This document shows, one piece after another, positions 7,545-16,127 of a stretch of DNA of 64,000 nt (position 1 is the stretch's first letter; every line of letters starts with the position of its first letter). Under the pieces are notes generated by a model. It was not told where the DNA came from. It worked only from the letters and a program-made list of their open reading frames with translations, and made no database searches. The position numbers were made by a program, and so were the translations under genes. Source of the stretch: an uncultured Bacilli bacterium (GTDB lineage: Bacteria; Bacillota_I; Bacilli_A; RF39; UBA660); assembly GCA_934129885.1 (NCBI GenBank), contig CAKOWU010000001.1:19750-83749 (forward strand). Direction: 5' to 3'.

Positions 7545-10316
7545 CTATAAAAATTTCTTAAATATATTTTTAATAAATTCTTTTACTTTATTTTTTACAG
7601 TTCTTCTTTCCCAATAATCATCTATATCAATAGCCTCGTTTATTTCTTTATCTGGAAATATACTGCTATACTCATATTCATTAATTATTTCATTTAATTT
7701 TTCTAAATTAATTTTGTTATTTAAAGCAAATTTTTCTATTTCTTTTTCTCTTTGTTTATTCATATGTTCATTGAAAGCATCATCTATTGAATCATCTTCT
7801 TTTAGTGCAGGTAATATAGATTTTAAGAAACTCTTAATTAAATCTGCTTTTAAGAATAATTCATCATCTGTAATATTTGTTAACTTACTTTCAATATCTG
7901 CAATATCACGTTTCTTTTGTTCTTCATCTGTTAAATCAACATTTCTAATTAAATTAAGTATATATGAAACATTAATTCTATCAGTTTGAATTAATTCTAG
8001 TGAGAATGTAACATCATTTAGAATTGAGCTTTTTTCCTTATCATTAGAAATTTTTCTGTATAACTCATAATATTTACTTTTATAATCTTCAAACATTTGA
8101 GTATTAATAACAATATCATCATTATCTAAATCAAATTGATTAAAAGTTTTTAAACTAACAAGTATTTTAGCAACCTCTCTAAATGCTAAAATAAATTTTT
8201 TTATATCTTCTTCTCTTTCTAGTTCATCAACACTTTCTACTACTGGTGTAATTTCTAACAACTTATCTACAGCTTTATTAAACTTATCTAGGTAAGTATC
8301 ATATGGTGCCATTATTACGGTGTCAATACTATCAGTTTGAGAGAACAATTTAACTGCTTCATCTACTCTAGCTTTAGTAGTTCTATAACAAACTATGTTC
8401 CCAAATGGTTTTGTGTCAGATTCAACTCTATTTGTTCTTGAAAAAGCTTGAATTAAATCATGATATTTAAGAGGTTTATCAACATATAAAGTATTTAATC
8501 TTTTAGCATCAAATCCAGTTAATAACATATTAACAACTATAACTATATCAATTTCTGTGTTTTTTATTCTTTTACATATATCTCTAAAATAACCATCAAA
8601 ATTATGAGTAGAGAAATTTGTGTTGAACATTTTGTTATAATCTTCCATATATCTATCTAATACTTCTCTTGAATGTTCTGGATTTTTATCTAAATCTTCA
8701 TTCGCTCCGTAAGTAAATATCGCTCCTATTTTTAAATCATGATTTATTTTTTTAAAAGCATCATAATATTTTATTAATAACGGTATTGAAGATACAGTAA
8801 ATAATGCATTATATTTTCTATCTCTTGTTTTAATATTATGATGATCAATAATGTGCTGAGCAATTAAGCCTACTCTTTCATCTGCTAAGAATACTTCATC
8901 AGTATCTATGCTCTCTACCATAACATCTTCTTCTAATGCACCTGTATTTACTTCCATAAATTTTATATAATCAACATTAAATCCTAATACATTTTCATCT
9001 TTAATAGCATCTTTTATTAGGTATGTATGTAAGCATTTTTCAAATATATCAGCTGTACTTCTACCATCTTGTGATGGATTTTCTTTAAATCTAGGTGTGC
9101 CAGTAAATCCAAAGTATTGTGCTTTACTAAATGTCTTTGAAATCTGTTTATGCATATCACCAAATTGTGATCTATGGCATTCATCTATTATAAATACTGT
9201 TTTTAAATCTTTATATTTTTCCATAATATGTGTATATTTAGGATTAGTACAAGCGTTAGCCATTTTTTGAATTGTAGTTATAATTAATGGCTTAGAACTG
9301 TCTTTAATTTGTTCTATTAATTTGTCAGTTTGATTAGTCATATCAACACAACCTGGATCAAATTTGTTAAATTCATCTAAAGTTTGTTTATCCAAGTCTT
9401 TTCTATCTACTAAAAAGAATACTTGATTGATAGATGATTCTAAAGATAAAATTTGACTTGTTTTAAATGAAGTAATTGTTTTACCGGAACCAGTTGTATG
9501 CCATACATAACCATTATTACTTGTATCTAGTGCACGGGATACAATATTTTCAACTGCATATACTTGATAAGGTCTCATTACCATCAATATTTTTTCTGTT
9601 TCATTAATAATCATATATCTTGCAATCATTTTTCCTATATGACATCTATCCAAGAAAAATACACAAAATTGTTCTAAGTTATTAATTCTATCATTATTTA
9701 TATCAGTCCAATAAAAAGTAAATCCATAATTTAACTCTTGATCTCCATTTGCAAAATATTTAGTTTCTACCCCATTACTTATTACAAATAATTGAATAAA
9801 TTTATATAAGCCTTGGTATGAATGCCTTTTATATCTCTTAATTTGATTAAAGGCTTCTTTCATATCAATACCTCTACGTTTTAATTCAACTTGAACCAAA
9901 GGTAATCCATTTATTAAAATAGTTACATCATATCTATTTGTATATTTTCCATGGGCAGTGGTTTGATGAGTTACTTGAAATATATTCTTACACCAATCTT
10001 TTGTATTAAATAGTTCAATATAAACAATACTACCATCATCTCTTTGAATATCTTGTTTTTGTCTTAATTCTTTTGCTGATTGAAAGACACCTTTACCAGA
10101 TATTTTAACCATTAATCTTTCAAATTCTTTATCACTTAAATTTTTACCTTTAAGTTCTATTTTGTTATGAATATTGACTTGTTCTCTAAAATTTTGTTCT
10201 AATTCATTAACATCATTTATTACTACCTTAGAATAACCTTGCTTTACAAGTTGATCTATCATCCGCTCTTCTAGTCTTGCTTCACTCTCATATACTCCCA
10301 TCATTACACCTACCAA
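7545..10316 (-). CDS. hsdR: Type I R-M restriction endonuclease/helicase subunit
   Basis: 923 aa with Walker A TTGSGKT and the DEAD-like box FIIDECHRSQ. Helicase C motifs are present, and the N-terminal nuclease region has D..E.K-like VQVELKRRG. The exact start is uncertain (TTG 10316 or ATG 10304). Confidence 0.93.
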   Translation of the reverse strand: MVGVMMGVYESEARLEERMIDQLVKQGYSKVVINDVNELEQNFREQVNIHNKIELKGKNLSDKEFERLMVKISGKGVFQSAKELRQKQDIQRDDGSIVYIELFNTKDWCKNIFQVTHQTTAHGKYTNRYDVTILINGLPLVQVELKRRGIDMKEAFNQIKRYKRHSYQGLYKFIQLFVISNGVETKYFANGDQELNYGFTFYWTDINNDRINNLEQFCVFFLDRCHIGKMIARYMIINETEKILMVMRPYQVYAVENIVSRALDTSNNGYVWHTTGSGKTITSFKTSQILSLESSINQVFFLVDRKDLDKQTLDEFNKFDPGCVDMTNQTDKLIEQIKDSSKPLIITTIQKMANACTNPKYTHIMEKYKDLKTVFIIDECHRSQFGDMHKQISKTFSKAQYFGFTGTPRFKENPSQDGRSTADIFEKCLHTYLIKDAIKDENVLGFNVDYIKFMEVNTGALEEDVMVESIDTDEVFLADERVGLIAQHIIDHHNIKTRDRKYNALFTVSSIPLLIKYYDAFKKINHDLKIGAIFTYGANEDLDKNPEHSREVLDRYMEDYNKMFNTNFSTHNFDGYFRDICKRIKNTEIDIVIVVNMLLTGFDAKRLNTLYVDKPLKYHDLIQAFSRTNRVESDTKPFGNIVCYRTTKARVDEAVKLFSQTDSIDTVIMAPYDTYLDKFNKAVDKLLEITPVVESVDELEREEDIKKFILAFREVAKILVSLKTFNQFDLDNDDIVINTQMFEDYKSKYYELYRKISNDKEKSSILNDVTFSLELIQTDRINVSYILNLIRNVDLTDEEQKKRDIADIESKLTNITDDELFLKADLIKSFLKSILPALKEDDSIDDAFNEHMNKQREKEIEKFALNNKINLEKLNEIINEYEYSSIFPDKEINEAIDIDDYWERRTVKNKVKEFIKNIFKKFL

Positions 10317-10398
10317 TCAACATATATTTCAATTATATCACGAAAATTGTCATTTTTTGGCTTATGTCCACCAAAAAAGAAGAAATTAATATTAACTT

Positions 10399-11589
10399 CT
10401 AATCATTCTCTATTAATTCCTTCAATTTATTTATTTGCCTATTTAATAAAATACATAGTTTATTAATTCTATTATCTGAGTATCCTGTTATATCTTGATA
10501 TTCATGTAATAAATTATCAAACCATTCAGGAATATCTTCTAGTTTACTTATATCAATTCTTTTTATATCTTTTACTACTTTAATTATTTCATCAAATGGT
10601 TTAACTTCATAAAATAATTTACCATCACCAATAATATGCATTTCTTCTTCATCATAGTATTCAATATTTAAACTTTGACCATTATCAAATATTGGTGCTA
10701 CATCTAACCATTTTAAAGTATTAACATCTCTTATTATTCCAAAATTATTAAGATGTCTATCTTCATTCATAATTAGAAAATCTAAAATATACATATTTTC
10801 TATTTTTTCTCTTGCATCTTTTATTCCTTCTGATTCTAGTTTTTTAATATATTCTTCATAATCTTCTATACTATTATGTTTTTTCATATCATTTCTTATT
10901 TGATTACAAGTAATTAGTTCTGTATCTTTTGTTATGAAACAAGGACATTTTGATACAACCATATCTTTATAAGTATCTAGCGTGTATTCTACATGGTCAA
11001 AGCCTAAACACTCACATATTTCACTTGCTAATACTTCATTAAACGGTTGTAATGTTTCATTCTTATATCCACCTTTTAATAAATATCTTGTACCATTTTC
11101 AATAATCCACGCTTTTTTTAACATACCATCTGTAGTATTATTAGGTGTTTTCAAAGATGTAGCATTATGAATCATCTTACTGTTTTTAGAAAGTGATGCT
11201 TCCATAAATTCAGCATAATCAAAGTCATTATCAAAGAAATTAATATCTTCATATTTAATATTAGAATCTACTGGTTTTAACCAATACTGATCTGATAAAG
11301 ATAATCCAAAGGCTTTATCTAATAATTCACATGGGGCATTAATATTAAGTCTATGTAGTAATAAGTCTAGCTTATCTCTCCAAGATGGTATTCCTCTTCC
11401 TTTAAACCATTCACTTAAATTAGTTCTTAAAGAAGTATCATTAACATCTTCATTTTTATAAAAACTTTTTAAAATATATGGAGCATAATCAATATTATAA
11501 ACATCATAAATACTAGTAAATACTCCTGTTGCAGAATCATATTCTGTTAACATTACTTCTTTATTTTTATTCATTAAAGTACATTTCAT
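10399..11589 (-). CDS. HipA-like Ser/Thr kinase (toxin-type), no adjacent HipB/HTH partner
   Basis: 396 aa. N-terminal part is WFKGRGIPSWRDKLDLLL..GLSLSDQYWLKP. The kinase catalytic loop is MNEDRHLNNFGII (HipA N.D.H..N signature), followed by APIFDNGQSL. It has its own extended -10 promoter (TGgTATAAT) upstream. Confidence 0.7.
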   Translation of the reverse strand: MKCTLMNKNKEVMLTEYDSATGVFTSIYDVYNIDYAPYILKSFYKNEDVNDTSLRTNLSEWFKGRGIPSWRDKLDLLLHRLNINAPCELLDKAFGLSLSDQYWLKPVDSNIKYEDINFFDNDFDYAEFMEASLSKNSKMIHNATSLKTPNNTTDGMLKKAWIIENGTRYLLKGGYKNETLQPFNEVLASEICECLGFDHVEYTLDTYKDMVVSKCPCFITKDTELITCNQIRNDMKKHNSIEDYEEYIKKLESEGIKDAREKIENMYILDFLIMNEDRHLNNFGIIRDVNTLKWLDVAPIFDNGQSLNIEYYDEEEMHIIGDGKLFYEVKPFDEIIKVVKDIKRIDISKLEDIPEWFDNLLHEYQDITGYSDNRINKLCILLNRQINKLKELIEND

Positions 11590-11752
11590 AGGAATTCATC
11601 TCCTTTTCTATATACTATTATACCATACTTATATTTTCTAACAGATTCTATTTTCTTAGAAAAAGAAAAATAGGGCTCTACCGCTAGATAGTACCCTTGC
11701 AAAAGTTAATTATACTTTTTCCTTGCATAACTAATACATCTAAATAGATTAA

Positions 11753-12598
11753 TTACTTTTTATCAAACAATTCTTCTACAATTAAATCTCTTGAATGTAA
11801 GTTATTATTCTTACCTAATAATAAATTCTCATAAAATTTAACTAAATAACTACTATCTTCTTTTACATTCAAATAATTATTGAAATAATTACTTCTTACT
11901 AAAGCATTTCTAAAATAAACTGATTTATCTTTAAATAAAGTATTATCTACATTATAACCCAAACTAATTAAATATTTTTCAATAAATAATGCTGTTGTTC
12001 TAGTATTACCTTCTCTAAAAGGATGTACTTGCCATATATTAGAAGAAAATTTAGTTATATTATTAATAACTTCGACTATATTCATTTCTTTATAATTTTT
12101 TTCTAATTCTTTTGATATATCATATTCTAATGATGCTGTTAAAGTAGTACAATCTCCGTACGCAACTGAATCATTATTAAGCATTTTTTCATGTTTAGAA
12201 AAATCTATTTTTCTAAATTCACCAGCGAACTCATAAATATCCTGAAATAAAAATTTATGAACATATTTTAAATAATCAACTGATAAATCAAAATCATCTT
12301 TATTTAATAGTTCAACTATTCTAGTAGATACAAAATCACATTCTAACTCACTATGATTTACTTCGTTTTTATTTTCCTTTTCAATGTAATATTCTCTTAG
12401 TTCTTTTTCTACTTCTTCAATAGTTAAATTACCTTGTACTTCTTCTTTTAATAGTTTTTCTAAGTATTTAGAAGGTTTTAAATTATCTACTTCTTGAAGA
12501 CCAATAGCCATATCCCATTGTAATTGTTTTATATAATTATTAGATTTATACTGTTCTTCATATTCATTAACACTTGAATCTAAATCTTTTTCATTCAT
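11753..12598 (-). CDS. Fic/DOC family protein (AMPylase-type)
   Basis: 281 aa with the Fic motif HPFREGNTRTTALF (HxFx[DE]GNxR). The N-terminal segment WDMAIGLQEVDNLKPS is reminiscent of a fused VbhA-like inhibitory module (uncertain). Confidence 0.8.
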   Translation of the reverse strand: MNEKDLDSSVNEYEEQYKSNNYIKQLQWDMAIGLQEVDNLKPSKYLEKLLKEEVQGNLTIEEVEKELREYYIEKENKNEVNHSELECDFVSTRIVELLNKDDFDLSVDYLKYVHKFLFQDIYEFAGEFRKIDFSKHEKMLNNDSVAYGDCTTLTASLEYDISKELEKNYKEMNIVEVINNITKFSSNIWQVHPFREGNTRTTALFIEKYLISLGYNVDNTLFKDKSVYFRNALVRSNYFNNYLNVKEDSSYLVKFYENLLLGKNNNLHSRDLIVEELFDKK

Positions 12599-12649
12599 AA
12601 ACTGGTCCTCCTAAATTTATACTACTATAGCACATATACAGTATAATAC

Positions 12650-13167
12650 CTATTTATTATCATTTATATATTCAATTTTTTTATGTGTATTCTTTGAAAT
12701 AATAGAATGAATTATATTTGGTGGGCAAAAATTTTCCATTCTTCTATTATCAACTATTTCTTGTATTTCAACCAAATCGTCAATGTTTTTAGCTTTATTT
12801 AATAAGCATTTAGCAACCTCAACATTTTTGTCAATTAAAAAATAAGCTTTAATTTTGTCAATAAAAAATATAATTATACTAATAAATGGTATAAATCCAG
12901 CTAATAATTCTATTATTTTAAATTTCAAAAGAATACAAATCGTTACATACAAGCATAATAATAATATTAAAGTTACTCCAATAAATGATAAATAAATCTT
13001 TGAAATTTTTTTATCTCAATATAAATTTTGTTTCTGCATAGATTTTATTACTTCAACTTCACCACTTTTGCCTTCATCAAAATACCAATCTTTTAATCCA
13101 GGTGGCTTTGATTTACCATTATTATTCACTTGATGATTATAATCTTTTCTTTTTTTGCTCAACACAT
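12650..13167 (-). pseudogene. Small membrane protein gene interrupted by an in-frame TGA (12953..12955)
   Basis: The frame reads ..GLIYDVLSKKRKDYNHQVNNNGKSKPPGLKDWYFDEGKSGEVEVIKSMQKQNLY-TGA-DKKISKIYLSFIGVTLILLLCLYVTICILLKF.. and continues into track ORF 12650..12952. A possible GTG/TTG start overlaps the stop of the upstream ORF. Boundaries are approximate. Confidence 0.35.
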
Positions 13168-13482
13168 CATAAATAAGTCCTTTGTAATACCACTAAATCC
13201 AAAAAGACTATAGTCAAAATACTTCTTTAAATTAGCTCCTTTAACAATATCTTTCCTTATAAAACATAAGAGCAAAGCATTAACCCCTACCATAAAACCA
13301 TTTACTATTATTTTTATTATGGAATTTTTTATTTCAAAAAAATCAAAAATACATATAAATAGAGTTAACACTACACTTAAATTTTCCAATCAATTAACTC
13401 TGTTGTAATAAAACCTTTGACTATATAGTATATCCAACATATCTTTTTCGTTTTTCTTTTTAAAAAAATTAGTTTTTTTCAC
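13159..13482 (-). pseudogene. Small membrane protein gene interrupted by an in-frame TGA (13390..13392)
   Basis: Strong RBS AGGAGGG, then 6 nt, then GTG 13482. The frame reads VKKTNFFKKKNEKDMLDILYSQRFYYNRVN-TGA-LENLSVVLTLFICIF.., in frame with track ORF 13159..13389. Confidence 0.35.
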
Positions 13483-13695
13483 CAAAATCCCTCCTGAAAT
13501 ATTTTTCTAAAGTTAAAATGTTTGGATCATTCTTACAAGCAAGAATAAAGTTTTTATGACATTTTTTAATTTTTTGATTACTTCCACATGGCCCTTTGTA
13601 TTAGGAATTTTGGTGGTTTTTCTGAGCACTCGGCTCATTAATTCGGCACTTGGTTGCACCCCAGAGCACTCCATAGCACTCGGTAAAACTAGCAG

Positions 13696-13722
13696 AACGT
13701 ATCTAAAAACATATCTAAAATT
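13696..13722. repeat. Inverted repeat flanking the dual-HEPN gene, downstream copy
   Basis: aacgtatctaaaaacatatctaaaatt. The reverse complement of 15877..15901 is aacgtatctaaaatatatctaaatt. The first 13 nt are identical, then a 1-2 nt indel, then 9 more identical nt. Confidence 0.8.
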
Positions 13723-13758
13723 TTCTATTGTTGAATCTTTTCCACATTATTAATAATT

Positions 13759-15798
13759 CTATCTTACATGTTTGCTAAAGTTTTGATTATCATTCAAAAT
13801 TGAATTAATAAATTTAGGTTGATTAATTGTTTTCAAAAGATCTCCAAGCGATATTGTGGCATCAAATTGTATCTTTCCATCATATCTATCATAAAAGTGT
13901 AATTCTGTTGACATAATATCGTTAATACTTTTAATATTTACCGTTAAAAACCCATGTGCTAAACACTCTCTCATTCTATTAAGTAAATCTACATTGGTGA
14001 TTGCAAATTCTTCATCTATCCCAATCCCATCTATTATATTGCCAACACCACTTACTTGATTTTTTGTTTTGATTAATCTATTTTCACATCTATTAATTTG
14101 TTTTTCTACATCTCTATAATCTTCTTCTTTTAAAGTGTGAGTTGATGAAGCTTTTAATAATGATGTATAGATTAATCTATAATCACTTTCCTCTCTTGAT
14201 ATTTCATAAAAATTACCAACCTTGGAATCAAGATATTCCTTATAAAATTTTAATGGAAATCTTAAATTTTTAGCATCTATATTAGATTTATTTTGATTGT
14301 AACAAAACAATAATAAATTGTTTAATAGTGATGTAATTACTAATTCAATTTTTGATTTATATTTTATATAATCTGACGCATTGTTTTGTAAATCATCATT
14401 ATCAAAGTGGCCTGTTTTAAGCATTTCATACATATTCTTTTGAAAATAATAGACTTTGTTATATCTTTGATAAATTAAATTATTTATAATTTGAATTTGG
14501 GTAGTCTTAGATAATGAATAAAAATACTGTTCGTTTAGTTCTTGTATATTGTTAATTATATATTTAACATCTTTATCTGTTAAATTCTCAAACTTTGGAT
14601 CTTTAGAAATTATTAAATGCCTTTTAATTCTAGAATTAAACGTCCTAATAATCATATCCCTTGGTACTGCTGAGTTATAAATGTTATTATTACTAAGTGT
14701 TGTTATATAACTAATATCCAAACCAAAATCATTATCTAATCTTCTTTGAATATCTGAATCATTGTATTCTCTTAAAGAATAATCTCCAATACCAAATATT
14801 TCTAATTTTCTTAGATATTCTTCCAATGTTTCCTTATTCATAGAATTATTGTAATAATTGTCCATTCCAGAAAGTAATATTGGAAAAGCTCCTTCTAAAT
14901 AATAATAATCATATAATTGATTAAACAGAAAAATAATATCTTTTTTATTCAAAATAATATTTAATTTATTCTTACCCTCGTTATAAAATTCAATATTACC
15001 ATTTTCTAAAACCTTATAATTTGAATGTGCAATACAGTTTCTAATCATTTTAATAACTTTTTTATAATCTATTTCATTATTGCTCAAAATTGAATTATTT
15101 GTTTGTTTTAAAGATTCACTGTCATAGTATGATAAATATCTCAAAATTCTTCTAAGGCTTCTTTCTATATATTCAGGAACTAAATTTAATTTATCATCAA
15201 GCATTAATAATTGACTACTTAAAAAAATCATATCTAAATTATTATCAACATTACTATAATTTTCACTTAATGGGCCAATATGACTAAGCACTTCGCTAAT
15301 TAACGCTTTATCTCCATTCTCTATTGAAAGATTATTCAATATATTTAATAGTGCTTTGACATTTGAACTTGCATAATCTAACATAATATTATTTGAAATG
15401 CCAGTTGTGGGAGTGCTATCTTCTTGGCTTGGAGGAATGATATTATTTGTTTCATGCTTTTTATAAAATATATTTATATCTGCTTCTGGGCTAAATATGT
15501 CAATTCTACTTTCTTTGTTATCATCAATAACCGTACACATAAATTGAGTTGTTGTATCAATTCCAAAATTTTTTAATTTATCCACACTATATAAATCATC
15601 AGCAATTATTTGATTTATAATTGTTGAAATGCTAATACCATTAATTTCTGATACTTCAACCATTTTTCTATTTTCTACTGGCAAATAAAAATTATATGCA
15701 TATAATTTGCCATCTTCTATTATAAATTTAAGGGCTAACATTATTTTTGTTTTACTGTCTATAATTGTAATTAAAGTATCGTACCTATCTATTTTCAT
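13759..15798 (-). CDS. Dual-HEPN protein (two R-x4-H motifs in one chain); predicted RNase of unknown family
   Basis: Track ORF 13759..15843 (694 aa from TTG). The likely start is ATG 15798 (MKIDRYD), 5 nt after AGAGGTG. Motif 1 is IRNCIAHSNY (nt 15025..15042, aga aac tgt att gca cat). Motif 2 is MRECLAHGFL (nt 13954..13971, aga gag tgt tta gca cat). CDS confidence is high, but the functional call is inference. Confidence 0.6.
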   Translation of the reverse strand: MKIDRYDTLITIIDSKTKIMLALKFIIEDGKLYAYNFYLPVENRKMVEVSEINGISISTIINQIIADDLYSVDKLKNFGIDTTTQFMCTVIDDNKESRIDIFSPEADINIFYKKHETNNIIPPSQEDSTPTTGISNNIMLDYASSNVKALLNILNNLSIENGDKALISEVLSHIGPLSENYSNVDNNLDMIFLSSQLLMLDDKLNLVPEYIERSLRRILRYLSYYDSESLKQTNNSILSNNEIDYKKVIKMIRNCIAHSNYKVLENGNIEFYNEGKNKLNIILNKKDIIFLFNQLYDYYYLEGAFPILLSGMDNYYNNSMNKETLEEYLRKLEIFGIGDYSLREYNDSDIQRRLDNDFGLDISYITTLSNNNIYNSAVPRDMIIRTFNSRIKRHLIISKDPKFENLTDKDVKYIINNIQELNEQYFYSLSKTTQIQIINNLIYQRYNKVYYFQKNMYEMLKTGHFDNDDLQNNASDYIKYKSKIELVITSLLNNLLLFCYNQNKSNIDAKNLRFPLKFYKEYLDSKVGNFYEISREESDYRLIYTSLLKASSTHTLKEEDYRDVEKQINRCENRLIKTKNQVSGVGNIIDGIGIDEEFAITNVDLLNRMRECLAHGFLTVNIKSINDIMSTELHFYDRYDGKIQFDATISLGDLLKTINQPKFINSILNDNQNFSKHVR

Positions 15799-15876
15799 TC
15801 TTACACCTCTTACATAGATTATATCATATATCTTCACTATCAATTTTATTATTACTGATTTTGAGTAATAAATTAC

Positions 15877-15901
15877 AATTTAGATATATTTTAGATACGT
15901 T
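15877..15901. repeat. Inverted repeat flanking the dual-HEPN gene, upstream copy (overlaps the putative -35)
   Basis: Partner of 13696..13722. Its inner end abuts a candidate promoter TTGTAA-18-TAATAA on the minus strand. Confidence 0.8.
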
Positions 15902-15974
15902 TTGTATTGAATTTGAAAATTATGTCACAATATACGTTTTACTCTTATTTTATAAGGATTTAGAAGGTTTTTAT

Positions 15975-15985
15975 AACGTATCTAA
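15975..15985. repeat. Third copy of the 11-mer AACGTATCTAA
   Basis: Identical to 13696..13706 and the exact reverse complement of 15891..15901, 73 nt away. Together they form a second inverted pair upstream of the HEPN gene. Confidence 0.7.
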
Positions 15986-16030
15986 GACAATGAATACTCC
16001 AAAAATTACCTAAATATTGTAATCATAGAA

Positions 16031-16061
16031 AAACCCGCAATCCCTTATTTTGCACGGGTTT
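16031..16061 (-). terminator. Rho-independent terminator (ancestral secA terminator)
   Basis: Minus strand reads AAACCCGtgcaaaataagggattgCGGGTTTTTCT, a 7 bp GC-containing stem followed by a U-run. It lies immediately after the displaced SEC-C remnant. Confidence 0.7.
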
Positions 16062-16067
16062 GCGAGC

Positions 16068-16127
16068 TTATTTACCACATCATTGCTTATATTTTTTACC
16101 ACTGCCACAAGTAGTGGATGTTCCCAT
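16068..16127 (-). pseudogene. Displaced copy of the secA 3' end (SEC-C zinc motif) with a nonsense codon
   Basis: Minus strand reads ..C G S G K K Y K Q TGA C G K TAA, against the secA end C G S G K K Y K N C C G K TAG. There is a 20 nt exact identity (16087..16106 = 16730..16749). The TGA aligns with a Cys codon. Confidence 0.7.

Noticed and set aside
13556-13753. Track ORF 13556..13753 (+, 65 aa), and a 53 aa minus-strand ORF in the same GC-rich patch
   Set aside because: Neither has a Shine-Dalgarno sequence. The region is better explained by the phased DNA repeats.
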